NCBI GenBank assembly: GCA_964404855.1
Contig: CAYOLO010000001.1
Span: 30,245-94,244, forward strand
Direction: 5' to 3'
DNA: 64,000 nt
DNA from: an uncultured Gammaproteobacteria bacterium
GTDB taxonomy: Bacteria > Patescibacteriota > Microgenomatia > CAYQLK01
In this document: in pieces, positions 19,744 to 29,260 of the stretch
Layout: every line of letters starts with the position of its first letter
Position numbering within the stretch: the first letter of the stretch is position 1
Notes under the pieces: generated by a model
What the model saw: only the letters and a program-made list of their open reading frames with translations
Databases searched by the model: none
Told to the model about the DNA's origin: nothing
Position numbers and translations under genes: made by a program

Positions 19744-20733
19744 CTAATCCGTAACACATTGTGCGTATACACCCCTCATTCTCTCTGGCAATAGTTTGGC
19801 AATTTGAACTCCTAAAATGTCAGCATTATTAATGTTAGATTCTGGATTATTCTTATCTCTGCTTATGGTAAAAGACTGACCTATTCTCATTTGATAGGTG
19901 GATTTTGCGCGATTAAACCAAAAACCGATTGGTAACATAGGAACCCTCATGGCGCCAGCTAATTCGGCTAACTTACCAGCCATAGGATCAACTTGATGTA
20001 ACTCAAATTCGTCCTTTCCAGTAGGATATAAGATAAGAACATCACCGTTCCGAAATACTTTTGGAATTTCTCGGGAGTGAGTATTTGTTGGAATCATTCC
20101 AAATACCACAGAGGTGTTAAACAAAACTTGATTTGCAACATTGTTGGCCTGACCGACAACTTTTTCAACGCTAGCATGAATGCTTTGACTTATTGGTGGT
20201 GTCAAATGTGGATAAACCAAATTAAGGCGAGTATTTTTTTCTGTTTTTTCTACAAGTCTTTTTTCATTTTCGATAACTGGAATAAAATTTCTTGTTTCCC
20301 CATCAGGCAGATGTTCACTCACAGCATGAGCCATAATCGGAGCCTGAGGCATGCCTTTGTGTATGCCACGATTGAAGTGATTCGAAATAATAACAAATGA
20401 TCCTGTTTGGGGAATATGTTCCTGACCAGATACATTAACACCGTGTTCAAAGTATGATTTTAATTTTTCGTCTTTTAAGGGATGGGAAAATGGGTTACCG
20501 TTTGCAATATCAACAAGTACTTGTTCAAATGCTGCTTTGGCCGTTGGATCCTTAAGGTTTTGGCCTGGACCACTATATTCCATAGATAAATGATAAGCTC
20601 GCATTCCAATACGCTCAACTTTGTTTAGGGGGCGGGTAGCGTCAGGTTTTTCAAAATAATATGGCTCTTTTTCTTTCATAAAGGTTTTTTGAGTTTGGCA
20701 AAGTATATTACTACTAATCAGGCTGAAAAACAA
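19744..20733 (-). CDS. Divergent lysophospholipid/glycerol acyltransferase (PlsC-like)
   Basis: VSGQEHIP..GSFVIISNH, ILYPTG, GKLA...VPMLPIG, RIGQSF, IAKLLPERMRGVY. Confidence 0.65.
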   Translation of the reverse strand: MFFSLISSNILCQTQKTFMKEKEPYYFEKPDATRPLNKVERIGMRAYHLSMEYSGPGQNLKDPTAKAAFEQVLVDIANGNPFSHPLKDEKLKSYFEHGVNVSGQEHIPQTGSFVIISNHFNRGIHKGMPQAPIMAHAVSEHLPDGETRNFIPVIENEKRLVEKTEKNTRLNLVYPHLTPPISQSIHASVEKVVGQANNVANQVLFNTSVVFGMIPTNTHSREIPKVFRNGDVLILYPTGKDEFELHQVDPMAGKLAELAGAMRVPMLPIGFWFNRAKSTYQMRIGQSFTISRDKNNPESNINNADILGVQIAKLLPERMRGVYAQCVTD

Positions 20734-20767
20734 CCCATAGTGTTATGAAAATTGATTATTAGAGAAA

Positions 20768-21163
20768 TTACTTTTTTTTAAAAAACCTGCGAGTTTTTTT
20801 AGTTGGAGCTTCAACCGCTTCAGAAGTATTTACAGGACTTGTTGTTTCAACAATATTATCACTTGGGGATTCAGAATCGCGAGGTAAAAGCTTGTCAATA
20901 TTTAAGCTGCCGATTGTTTTAATACTTTCAATCGTTTCGTTCACACTGTCTTTAAGGTCTACAGCTTTTTCTTTTACCTCATTTTCGGCAATATGAAGTG
21001 TTTTTTGTGGATCTTCAACAATATTTTCTAATGATTTTTTAACATAGTCGTAAAGTTCTGGAGTCTTTTTTCTTCCGGAATCAGAAATAAAATAAGCCAC
21101 ACCAGCACCAATTGCCGTACCAATTAAAAAACTAACAGTGATATTCTTTTTTTCGTCGTCCAT
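20768..21163 (-). CDS. YtxH-domain protein
   Basis: FLIGTAIGAGVAYF...SGRK followed by a coiled region; adjacent to a DUF948-like gene. Confidence 0.65.
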   Translation of the reverse strand: MDDEKKNITVSFLIGTAIGAGVAYFISDSGRKKTPELYDYVKKSLENIVEDPQKTLHIAENEVKEKAVDLKDSVNETIESIKTIGSLNIDKLLPRDSESPSDNIVETTSPVNTSEAVEAPTKKTRRFFKKK

Positions 21164-21411
21164 TACTTGCGATTGGCGAACTTTTCAACAATTCCAATTC
21201 CTGCCTGAATTCCAGAAGTAAGATTTGCCAGCGAACTAACTGGCTGTTTAACACTTTCGGTTATATCGCCTGTATCATCTAAGATTCGATTCATTTTCCT
21301 GAGACTGACCCTTAGGTCCTTAAGTAGTTGATAGACTTGATACCCAATAAAAAGAATAGCGGCCGTAACGATAATTGCGATTAGGAGAATAATAAATTGA
21401 ACAGGATCCAT
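21163..21411 (-). CDS. DUF948/YoxC-like small membrane protein
   Basis: TM followed by a coiled coil; usual partner of YtxH. Confidence 0.55.
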   Translation of the reverse strand: MDPVQFIILLIAIIVTAAILFIGYQVYQLLKDLRVSLRKMNRILDDTGDITESVKQPVSSLANLTSGIQAGIGIVEKFANRK

Positions 21412-21495
21412 ATGGGCAGTATTGTTTTTATAATGACTCTGGGGGTAATTTTATCAAAGTGGGCGTGTAAGTCAACGACGGTTTGGCCGTGAAAA

Positions 21496-22134
21496 TTACT
21501 GCGGATTATAAAATATTGTGAGATTCTTGGTTGTTTTCCTATTGTTTCTGTCAATTGAGACTATTTCATATTTATTCAAGCCTGAATCAAGAATTACAGG
21601 TTTTGAAAATTCACCCTTAGTGGTCAGCGAAGTCTGATTATTATTAATAAAAAGAGTCGAATCTGGGCCGGTTTTACCGGTGATAAAAATATTTTTGGTG
21701 TTAAATTCTTGATTGTCCTGCGGAGATACAATGTTTAAATTAGGACCAGATGATAGAGAAAAAAATAAATTGCCAAAGTAGAACAAAAACAAAAATGCAA
21801 TTACAGCAATTGCAAGGTAAAAAATTCTCTGAGGTGTTACAGAAAATATCGAGTTGGATAATTGAGTTAGAAATGGCTTAGCCATGGCTAAATTATCAGG
21901 CTTATCTGTCTCTCTGCGATAAAGGGCTACAATATTATCGGGGTCAAGATTTAAAAAAATTGCGTAATTTCTAATAAATCCTTTTATAAATGTAGATGGG
22001 GGTAGATTATTAAAGTCACCTTCTTCAATTTTTGACAGTACAGTTTTTTTTATTTTTATTTCGTGTTCAATGCGCTCGAGCGTATAGCCTTTTTTTAACC
22101 TCTCACTTCTTAACTTTTCGCCGGACTTTTGCAT
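21496..22134 (-). CDS. RodZ-like HTH membrane protein with C-terminal Ig-like domain
   Basis: GEKLRSER...IEEGDF..LP..FIKGFIRNYA; TM; downstream of ftsK. Confidence 0.8.
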   Translation of the reverse strand: MQKSGEKLRSERLKKGYTLERIEHEIKIKKTVLSKIEEGDFNNLPPSTFIKGFIRNYAIFLNLDPDNIVALYRRETDKPDNLAMAKPFLTQLSNSIFSVTPQRIFYLAIAVIAFLFLFYFGNLFFSLSSGPNLNIVSPQDNQEFNTKNIFITGKTGPDSTLFINNNQTSLTTKGEFSKPVILDSGLNKYEIVSIDRNNRKTTKNLTIFYNPQ

Positions 22135-22173
22135 AGTGGAGGTATTTTACAACCTCAGCGTGAGTTTTTAAAA

Positions 22174-24276
22174 TTAATCTATTTTTTCCTGAGTAGAATC
22201 GCTGGAATTACCAAGTACGAGTGATGGATCAGTAATCAATAATTCGCGAGGTTTTGACCCATCACGAGGACCAACAACCCCTGCATCCTCTAATTGGTCG
22301 ATAATTTTAGCTGATCTGGCATAACCGACGCCTAGTTTACGCATCAAAAAGGAAGAGGAGGCTTGATTTTGAGAGATAATTGCGTACAAAGCTTCTTCAA
22401 ACAACGGGTCGCGATCACTTGCTCCCCCACCAATTCCTCCAGCACTTCGACCAACGGCCATACTAGTAATCTCTTCGACATATTCAGGTTCTTGACCGCT
22501 ACTCTTTAGGAATGAAACTAGATTATGAATCTCGTCGTTACTTACATATACACCTTGAATGCGAGCTGTTTTTGATGAATCTGGCGGAACATATAACATA
22601 TCTCCCTTGCCTAAGAGTTTTTCAGCACCTGACATGTCAATAATTACTCTAGAGTCAGTTTGGGAAGTGACATTGAAAGCAATACGTGTTGGAATATTAG
22701 CCTTGATTACACCAGTTATGACATCCACTGAAGGTCTCTGTGTTGCCAAAATCAAGTGAATACCAACAGCACGAGCCATTTGGGCAAGACGGACGATTGC
22801 CTGCTCTACCTCGATGGCTGCTAGCTTCATAACAGTATTAAGCTCATCAATGACAATAACTATAAACGGCATAGCTTGAAAACCAGACTGACGATTATAT
22901 TCATCAATGTTTTTGACGCCAGCCTGAGACAAAAGTTCATATCTATTATCCATTTCTCTAACTGACCACTTCAGAGCTGAAAGTGTTTTTTCTGGCTCGA
23001 CAATTACTGGATTGAGTAAATGAGGTATACCATTAAATGGGGCAAGTTCTACTCTTTTCGGGTCTACGAGAATAAATTTTACTTCGTCTGGATTGGCTCT
23101 AAATAAAATGGAGCAAATAATTGAGTTAATTAAAACCGATTTACCTGAACCAGTAGTACCCGCAACAAGAATGTGTGGCATTTTGCTGATATCAGCAACA
23201 AGGGGTTGACCTGAAATATCTAATCCTAATGCAAAGGCAAGTTTTGATTTTTCGGACTGCATGTTTTTGCTAGTGAGCATTTGACGCAGATTGAGAGTCT
23301 CTCTTTTTAAATTGGGAATTTCTATGCCGATTAGCGACTTACCAGGAATTGGTGCTTCGATTCTAACGTTACCGGTTTGAGTCGCTAGAGCCATCGCAAG
23401 ATCTGATCCAAGATTCACAATTTTTGATACTTTTGTTCCAAGTGGCAGACTTATTGCATATTGGGTAACGGTAGGCCCTGGGTTATATTCAACAACTTTT
23501 GCTTGAATTGAGAAACTTTCGAGAACTTTTTCAATTGTGTGGGCATTCTTGTTAACATCTCCTCTGTCGGCTTGCTCACCAGAGTCGGAAGAAAGTATGG
23601 AAAGGGGTGGATATTGCCAAGCTCGTCTTGTTTTTGGAACATTGGTTTGAGCCTTGTTAGGAATTTCTGGCCGAAATTTTTCAACATCATCTTCTTTTGG
23701 GGCAGCGATTTCTACTGTGCTGTTTTGCTGATATTGATGTCCAACTGTAATTCCCTTAGGCTTGGGGCTTTTTTTGAAAATCTTACTTAGGTTGCCAACC
23801 GTTAGTGCATAGGCCTCACTAAACGGTGTATCTGTAGCTAGAATTAACCCTGAAGCTAAACCAAAACCGACAACTATTATTCCACCTAAGGGGGTTAATA
23901 TTTCCGAAAGCGTTAACCAAACTACTGACCCAATAATGCCAGATGACTCAGAAGAGAATGCGGAGGTAAAAGAAATCATTGAAACAACAACGATAAAAAT
24001 ACCTAAAATCAAATTTACTTTTATGAATTTGAGTCTTAAGCCTAATAAGAACAATCCGCAGACAATACCTAATATTGCAATGACAAAAGCCGACCAGCCA
24101 AAAATAAACTTGAGAGTGACTGAAAAATAAGATAGCCCACCGGAGGGTTCAAAGACCGATAATAAACTTAAGAGCGAAAAAACTAAGATTGCTAGCGCAA
24201 ATATGCTTTTGATTGTCGAACCCTTAAGAAGCTTAGATTTTTTTTGTTTCTTAAGCCTTTTTTTGTACTTTCTCAT
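22174..24276 (-). CDS. ftsK: DNA translocase FtsK/SpoIIIE
   Basis: N-terminal TMs, AGTTGSGKS, LATQRPSVDVITG, gamma domain GYARSAKIID. Confidence 0.97.
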   Translation of the reverse strand: MRKYKKRLKKQKKSKLLKGSTIKSIFALAILVFSLLSLLSVFEPSGGLSYFSVTLKFIFGWSAFVIAILGIVCGLFLLGLRLKFIKVNLILGIFIVVVSMISFTSAFSSESSGIIGSVVWLTLSEILTPLGGIIVVGFGLASGLILATDTPFSEAYALTVGNLSKIFKKSPKPKGITVGHQYQQNSTVEIAAPKEDDVEKFRPEIPNKAQTNVPKTRRAWQYPPLSILSSDSGEQADRGDVNKNAHTIEKVLESFSIQAKVVEYNPGPTVTQYAISLPLGTKVSKIVNLGSDLAMALATQTGNVRIEAPIPGKSLIGIEIPNLKRETLNLRQMLTSKNMQSEKSKLAFALGLDISGQPLVADISKMPHILVAGTTGSGKSVLINSIICSILFRANPDEVKFILVDPKRVELAPFNGIPHLLNPVIVEPEKTLSALKWSVREMDNRYELLSQAGVKNIDEYNRQSGFQAMPFIVIVIDELNTVMKLAAIEVEQAIVRLAQMARAVGIHLILATQRPSVDVITGVIKANIPTRIAFNVTSQTDSRVIIDMSGAEKLLGKGDMLYVPPDSSKTARIQGVYVSNDEIHNLVSFLKSSGQEPEYVEEITSMAVGRSAGGIGGGASDRDPLFEEALYAIISQNQASSSFLMRKLGVGYARSAKIIDQLEDAGVVGPRDGSKPRELLITDPSLVLGNSSDSTQEKID

Positions 24277-24309
24277 TGGCAGGTTAAATTAGTCGGCAGG
24301 TTTTTAAAC

Positions 24310-26028
24310 CTATACTTCTATCGTAAATATTAATACTAATGGTCGTTTACGATATTCTTCTAGAAAATATCTCTCCAAGGATTCTTTAATCCGATGCCTT
24401 AAAGAATTAGAATCAATTAGAGACCTGTTGTCCATTACTTTTGAGATACTTCTCTTAGAGGACCTAATTATCTCATTTTTGTCAATTTTTATGAAGCCTC
24501 TAGTAATTATTTCAGGGTCTTGATACAAGGAACCATCTTCATGATTTATTTTGAGAATTGCTAAGACAATACCATCAGAAGATAATGTTCGTCTGTCTTT
24601 GAGAATTGCTTCGTCAATCTCACCAGCTTCGAGGCTATCAACAAAAATATTTTCTGCTGGAATTATTTTGCCATAAGTAATCTTTTGGTTATAAATAATT
24701 ACCTCTTGAGCAGGTTTAGGAATTAAAATATTTTCATTTTTGTAACCCATCGCAGAAGCAATTCGACCATATTGTTTCATTTGTCTTAAAGAACCTCCGA
24801 TCGGTAAAACATTTTTAGCTTTGGTAAGAGCCATCATCAGTTTGAGGTCCATTTCGGCACCGTGACCAGAAACGTGTAAATCTTCCAAAATCGAGGAATA
24901 ATAAACCTCAACACCAAGTGCGGTTAACGAGTTAATCATATTATCGACTGCTGTTTCGTTACCAGGAATTGGGTCTGCGGAAAAAACAACAGCATCGCCC
25001 GAAGCTAAAGTAACTTTGCGGTGTTCTCCGGTAACTGCCATTGACAAAGCGGACTCAGGTTGGGCTTGAGAGCCTGCAACAATTACCACCAAATCATTGC
25101 GGTGATGTTGAATGGCTTCAGGTTTAACTAACATTTTTTTGGGAATATTAATAAAACCTAAATTTTGTGCAATCGTAATATTTCGATCGATTGATCTACC
25201 GACCAAAGCAACTTTTCGATTAAACTTGACGGCTGATTGAACGGCCTGGTCAATTCTTGAAATGTTTGACGAGGCAGTTGTGATATATACGTTACCTTTT
25301 GTTTTAGATACCACTTTGTCAAATGAATCTTGGATTTTGACTTCTGATAAAGTGTAGCCTTTTTTCTCACTACGCAAACAGTCAGACAAAAGCAAAAAGA
25401 CGCCGTTCTCTTCACCGGCAATTTGAGAAATTCTTGTGGCGTCCGAAGCACGACCGTCAACTGGGGTCCAGTCGAACTTAAAGTCAGGAGAATGATAAAT
25501 CGTATAACCCTTAACTTTAAGCACAATGCCTTTTGAGTCAGGCACCGAATGGGTGATGTGAACAAATTCTGCCTTAAAGTCCCCGAAACTGTAAGTTTTG
25601 CCCTCTTCAATTGTATGAATCTGAAAACGGTTTCCTCCTTTGGTTTGTTCAAGTTTACCTTTAATAAAACCAGCGGTGAGTTTTGCTGTAAAAACCGGCA
25701 CGGGAATTTTGGGCAATATATAAGGTAGTCCACCCATATGATCCTCGTGAGCGTGACTAATCAAAAATGCCCTGACTTTTTTAAATTTTTCGGGCTGCAT
25801 TAGATAAGATATGTCTGGCAAGACAAAGTCGATTCCTAAGTTGGTTTCGTCAGGGAATCCAATACCACAATCTAAAACGATAATATCGTTCTCCGTCTCA
25901 TAAACAAAAAAGTTTTTAGTAACTGTACCGACACCACCAAGTCCTATGATTTTGATATCAAAAGGGTTTTTAGTCTGTGGCGTTAGAGAATTAGGATTAT
26001 TAACATTTCTAGGTTTGAATGTTTTCAT
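24310..26028 (-). CDS. rnj: Ribonuclease J
   Basis: SHAHEDHMG, HSVPD, DFKFD, HVSGH. Confidence 0.95.
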   Translation of the reverse strand: MKTFKPRNVNNPNSLTPQTKNPFDIKIIGLGGVGTVTKNFFVYETENDIIVLDCGIGFPDETNLGIDFVLPDISYLMQPEKFKKVRAFLISHAHEDHMGGLPYILPKIPVPVFTAKLTAGFIKGKLEQTKGGNRFQIHTIEEGKTYSFGDFKAEFVHITHSVPDSKGIVLKVKGYTIYHSPDFKFDWTPVDGRASDATRISQIAGEENGVFLLLSDCLRSEKKGYTLSEVKIQDSFDKVVSKTKGNVYITTASSNISRIDQAVQSAVKFNRKVALVGRSIDRNITIAQNLGFINIPKKMLVKPEAIQHHRNDLVVIVAGSQAQPESALSMAVTGEHRKVTLASGDAVVFSADPIPGNETAVDNMINSLTALGVEVYYSSILEDLHVSGHGAEMDLKLMMALTKAKNVLPIGGSLRQMKQYGRIASAMGYKNENILIPKPAQEVIIYNQKITYGKIIPAENIFVDSLEAGEIDEAILKDRRTLSSDGIVLAILKINHEDGSLYQDPEIITRGFIKIDKNEIIRSSKRSISKVMDNRSLIDSNSLRHRIKESLERYFLEEYRKRPLVLIFTIEV

Positions 26029-26197
26029 GATTGATTTTGTCTTGTTATTTAATTATAAGTTTTTTCTAGTTAAACAATAAAAGTAATTTAAAAATATTAT
26101 TCACAAGCTAAACTTATTTTAACTGTTCATTACAAGCCTTGAATTCTACTACAAATTGAGTTTTTTTATTGGTTTATAATTGTTTAACTGATTTCTA

Positions 26198-27381
26198 ATG
26201 CCAAGCAAAAAAAGACTATTTATTTTCTCATTATTCTCTATACTATTTTTAACTGGAGTTTTTTCTAAATCTTTAACTAGTTATTTGCCTGATTTTGCTA
26301 CCAATATTGGTGGCGTTGGTGATAAAAATATTGCTCAACTGAAAAAGTGTGAGGAAAAACCTTATGATTCAATACAGTTTGACAATTCAGAAAGAAGTAT
26401 TTGTTATAAATCAAGCATTACCAAGCTAATCAGTGACGAGTCTTTAGGTGCGACAATAAAAACCTTGAAGGCTTATATGCAAACAGATGAGGGTAAAGTA
26501 CTAAACGGCAGGAGATGCCACGATCTTGGACATGGAATTGGAATTGAGGCTGTAAAAAGAGGTATCCCAAGTAAAGAAATATTAACTGAGTGTGCGGACT
26601 GGTGTGTTGGCGGTTGTCTAAATGGTGCGGCGCATGTATATGTTCTTACTGACCATCAACCGGAAGAGTTAGTAAGTTTTTGCAATGTAGGTGGAGTTGC
26701 TGAAAATCTAAAAAGGATGTGCTACCACGGACTTGGCCATGGATATATGGAGGCAAATAGTGCTGACATAACAAAGACAATGGATTTTTGCGAACAAATA
26801 CCGTCCGAGCTTGGGCAGTACGAGTGTGGGCATGCTGCTGTTATGGATTATGCGCTTCTGTACACAGCACCAGTAAGAACAATTCCAGAAGATATTGTTG
26901 GTTTTTGCGACTCTAAGCAGGCGGTTTTTCGTCCTAGTTGTTATGAATTTGTTGGGTTTTTGGCATATTCAAGAACGGTCGATACTAAAGACTCGTTTGC
27001 TGCCTGTAAAAAAATACCTATGGAATATAGAGAAAATTGCCAAGAAAGAATTGGTGAAGCTTACTTTTCAATTCTCGGACGTGATCCTGAAAAAATAGTA
27101 AAAGGATGTGAAATTGGAAATGGAGAGGAGACCGTTGTATGAAAGGGGCAGTAAGATCTTCAATTTATGGCGCAGATAGTTCTTTTGGCGGGTTGGGGGC
27201 AAGGTTCTGCTCTCTATTAATAAGCGAAGGTTCGAGAATAATTTGTTTTGAATTTTTGGGTGGAGAAATAGAATCAGTTCACGGACAAGAGAGAAGAACA
27301 GAGACCTGTAATGAGTTGTCAGGAGCAGACAAAAAAAACTGTCAAAAGATCAGACAAGAAAGAGATATGACGATTAAATAA
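26198..27381 (+). pseudogene. Cys/His-rich helical-repeat protein, paralog 10, split by a frameshift near 27125-27135
   Basis: 26198..27142 carries the motifs; the overlapping frame reads ...DRC-MKGAVRSS..., matching RSCLKGANIFS of the neighbouring paralog and continuing to 27381. Confidence 0.7.
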
Positions 27382-27383
27382 GA

Positions 27384-28589
27384 ATGAGAATGAAAATGAA
27401 AATTAAAACCTTTGCCAAACCATATGTAATATTTTTTTTCGTTTTGGTAATTGGTATTGTGTCTAATATTTTTTTTGATTTACCAAAAGGAATATCTACA
27501 ACAAAAATTAACTCTCAACTTACAATACAAATGGAGGCTTGTGAAATCTATGAGTATTCAGACAGTAATTTTTTAGCCTCTGAGAGACGCACTTGTTACA
27601 ACGATAAAATTTTTAGCCATATACGCGAAAACGGCTTGAAAAGTACCCTCCTGGGACTTGAAGATTATATGAAAACTGAACAGGGATCGTATTTAGTCGG
27701 AACACGCTGTCATGATATTGGGCATGGTATTGGTATTGAGGCTGTAAAAGCTGGATATTCATCAAGAGAGATTTTGGAAACTTGTAGTACATCGTGTGAA
27801 GGTGGATGTTTAAATGGTGCGGGGCATGTATTTATTACAACGCTATCCAGAAATGGAGACTTAAATAGTTTTTGTGATTTGGATGGAATCAATAAAACGG
27901 TTCGCGATATGTGTTTTCATGGAATTGGACATGGACTGATGGAATATTACAGTTTGGATATTCCAAAAGTAATAAAGGATTGCCAAAGAATTGAAAAAAA
28001 TTCCGATAAATTTCAATGCGGACATGCGGCATTTATGGATACTAATTTAGTTAACCAAGCTCCTTTTGATAAAATCCCAAAAAAACTTTATGAGTACTGT
28101 AAAGAACTTGAAGAGGTACTAAGATATTCTTGTTATCAATTTGGCGGATTTTTGACTTTTGTTAGAGATCTAGATATTAATGAGTCATTCGATTTTTGTA
28201 CAAAAGTTCCAACTCAGATTTCTAATATCTGTTTTTCAAGAATTGGTGAGTCTGCATATTTGCGCAATAATGGGGATGCACAAAAAACTTTGGGGCTATG
28301 TAAGCGCGTAGAAAATAATCAGTTCAGAAGTTGCTTAAAGGGGGCTAATATTTTTTCAATTCATACCCCAGATAGTTCTTTTGGGACTAAAGCAAAAAAT
28401 ATTTGCTTAGCAGTTGAGGGAGAAGTTAGGTCGGGATGTCTGTCTGATTTGGGGGCAATGATTGTTAAAACTTACGGCAATGAGCAGTTAAATACTTTTT
28501 GTGAAACTTTAACCAGTATCGATAAAAAAAGTTGTTTTGAAATAAATCAGTCAATAATTAATGAACCTGATTTTGTACAGGCAGATTAA
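27384..28589 (+). CDS. Cys/His-rich helical-repeat protein, paralog 11
   Basis: CHDIGH, CEGGCLNGAGH, CFHGIGH, CGHAAFMD. Confidence 0.8.
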   Translation: MRMKMKIKTFAKPYVIFFFVLVIGIVSNIFFDLPKGISTTKINSQLTIQMEACEIYEYSDSNFLASERRTCYNDKIFSHIRENGLKSTLLGLEDYMKTEQGSYLVGTRCHDIGHGIGIEAVKAGYSSREILETCSTSCEGGCLNGAGHVFITTLSRNGDLNSFCDLDGINKTVRDMCFHGIGHGLMEYYSLDIPKVIKDCQRIEKNSDKFQCGHAAFMDTNLVNQAPFDKIPKKLYEYCKELEEVLRYSCYQFGGFLTFVRDLDINESFDFCTKVPTQISNICFSRIGESAYLRNNGDAQKTLGLCKRVENNQFRSCLKGANIFSIHTPDSSFGTKAKNICLAVEGEVRSGCLSDLGAMIVKTYGNEQLNTFCETLTSIDKKSCFEINQSIINEPDFVQAD

Positions 28590-29212
28590 AGTAATTCTTC
28601 TTGAATAACACTAATTTCTGAATCTAATTTAGGATTATCTTTAATTTTTGATTCGTCTAAAATAATTTTAAGTTTTTGAAAATCGTTCTCTAGCTCTTTT
28701 AAAATGTTGCCTGCTCTAAGGGCGGCAGCGGGGTGGTACAACGGGAAAAGATGATATTTTCCAACTTGATAAGACCTGCCATGAGCTTGAGATATTTTTT
28801 CTTCTGGTAAAAAAAGATTCATTGAAAACCTACCCAAGGTTGCAATTACTTTGGGCTGAATAATTTGTATTTGTCGTTTTAGGAAAGGAGTATAAATTTT
28901 AATTTCTTCTGGGGTTGGATCACGATTCTCTGGTGGCCTGTGTTTAATAATGTTTGTTATAAAAATATCTTCTCTGTTTAAAGATATGCTGTCTAACATT
29001 TTGTCTAAAAGTTTACCTGCATTCCCAACAAAAGGCTTACCTTTTTGATCTTCGAAAAAACCTGGCGCTTCGCCGATAAACAAAATATCAGCATCTGGAT
29101 TACCGTCACCTGGGACGGATTGTGTGGCCGTTTTGTAAAGAGTGCCAAGGCGTAGATTTTTGACCTCTTCAGCAACTTGACCAAGGAGTTCTTGTTTTTC
29201 TTTTACTGTCAC
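28586..29212 (-). CDS. udg: Uracil-DNA glycosylase family 4
   Basis: IGEAPG, PFVGNAG, RPPENRDP, YHPAAALR. Confidence 0.93.
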   Translation of the reverse strand: MTVKEKQELLGQVAEEVKNLRLGTLYKTATQSVPGDGNPDADILFIGEAPGFFEDQKGKPFVGNAGKLLDKMLDSISLNREDIFITNIIKHRPPENRDPTPEEIKIYTPFLKRQIQIIQPKVIATLGRFSMNLFLPEEKISQAHGRSYQVGKYHLFPLYHPAAALRAGNILKELENDFQKLKIILDESKIKDNPKLDSEISVIQEELL

Positions 29213-29260
29213 GTTATTTGATGATAATTTTAAAAGCGTTTAGATATTAATTGCTAAAGC

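Noticed and set aside
25158-25733. 191-aa same-strand alternate-frame ORF inside rnj and the many other short nested ORFs
   Set aside because: No recognisable motifs; fully contained in well-supported genes
1500-28589. Cys/His-rich paralogs as multiheme c-type cytochromes
   Set aside because: They lack repeated CxxCH motifs; the patterns are CH, CxH and HxxxH
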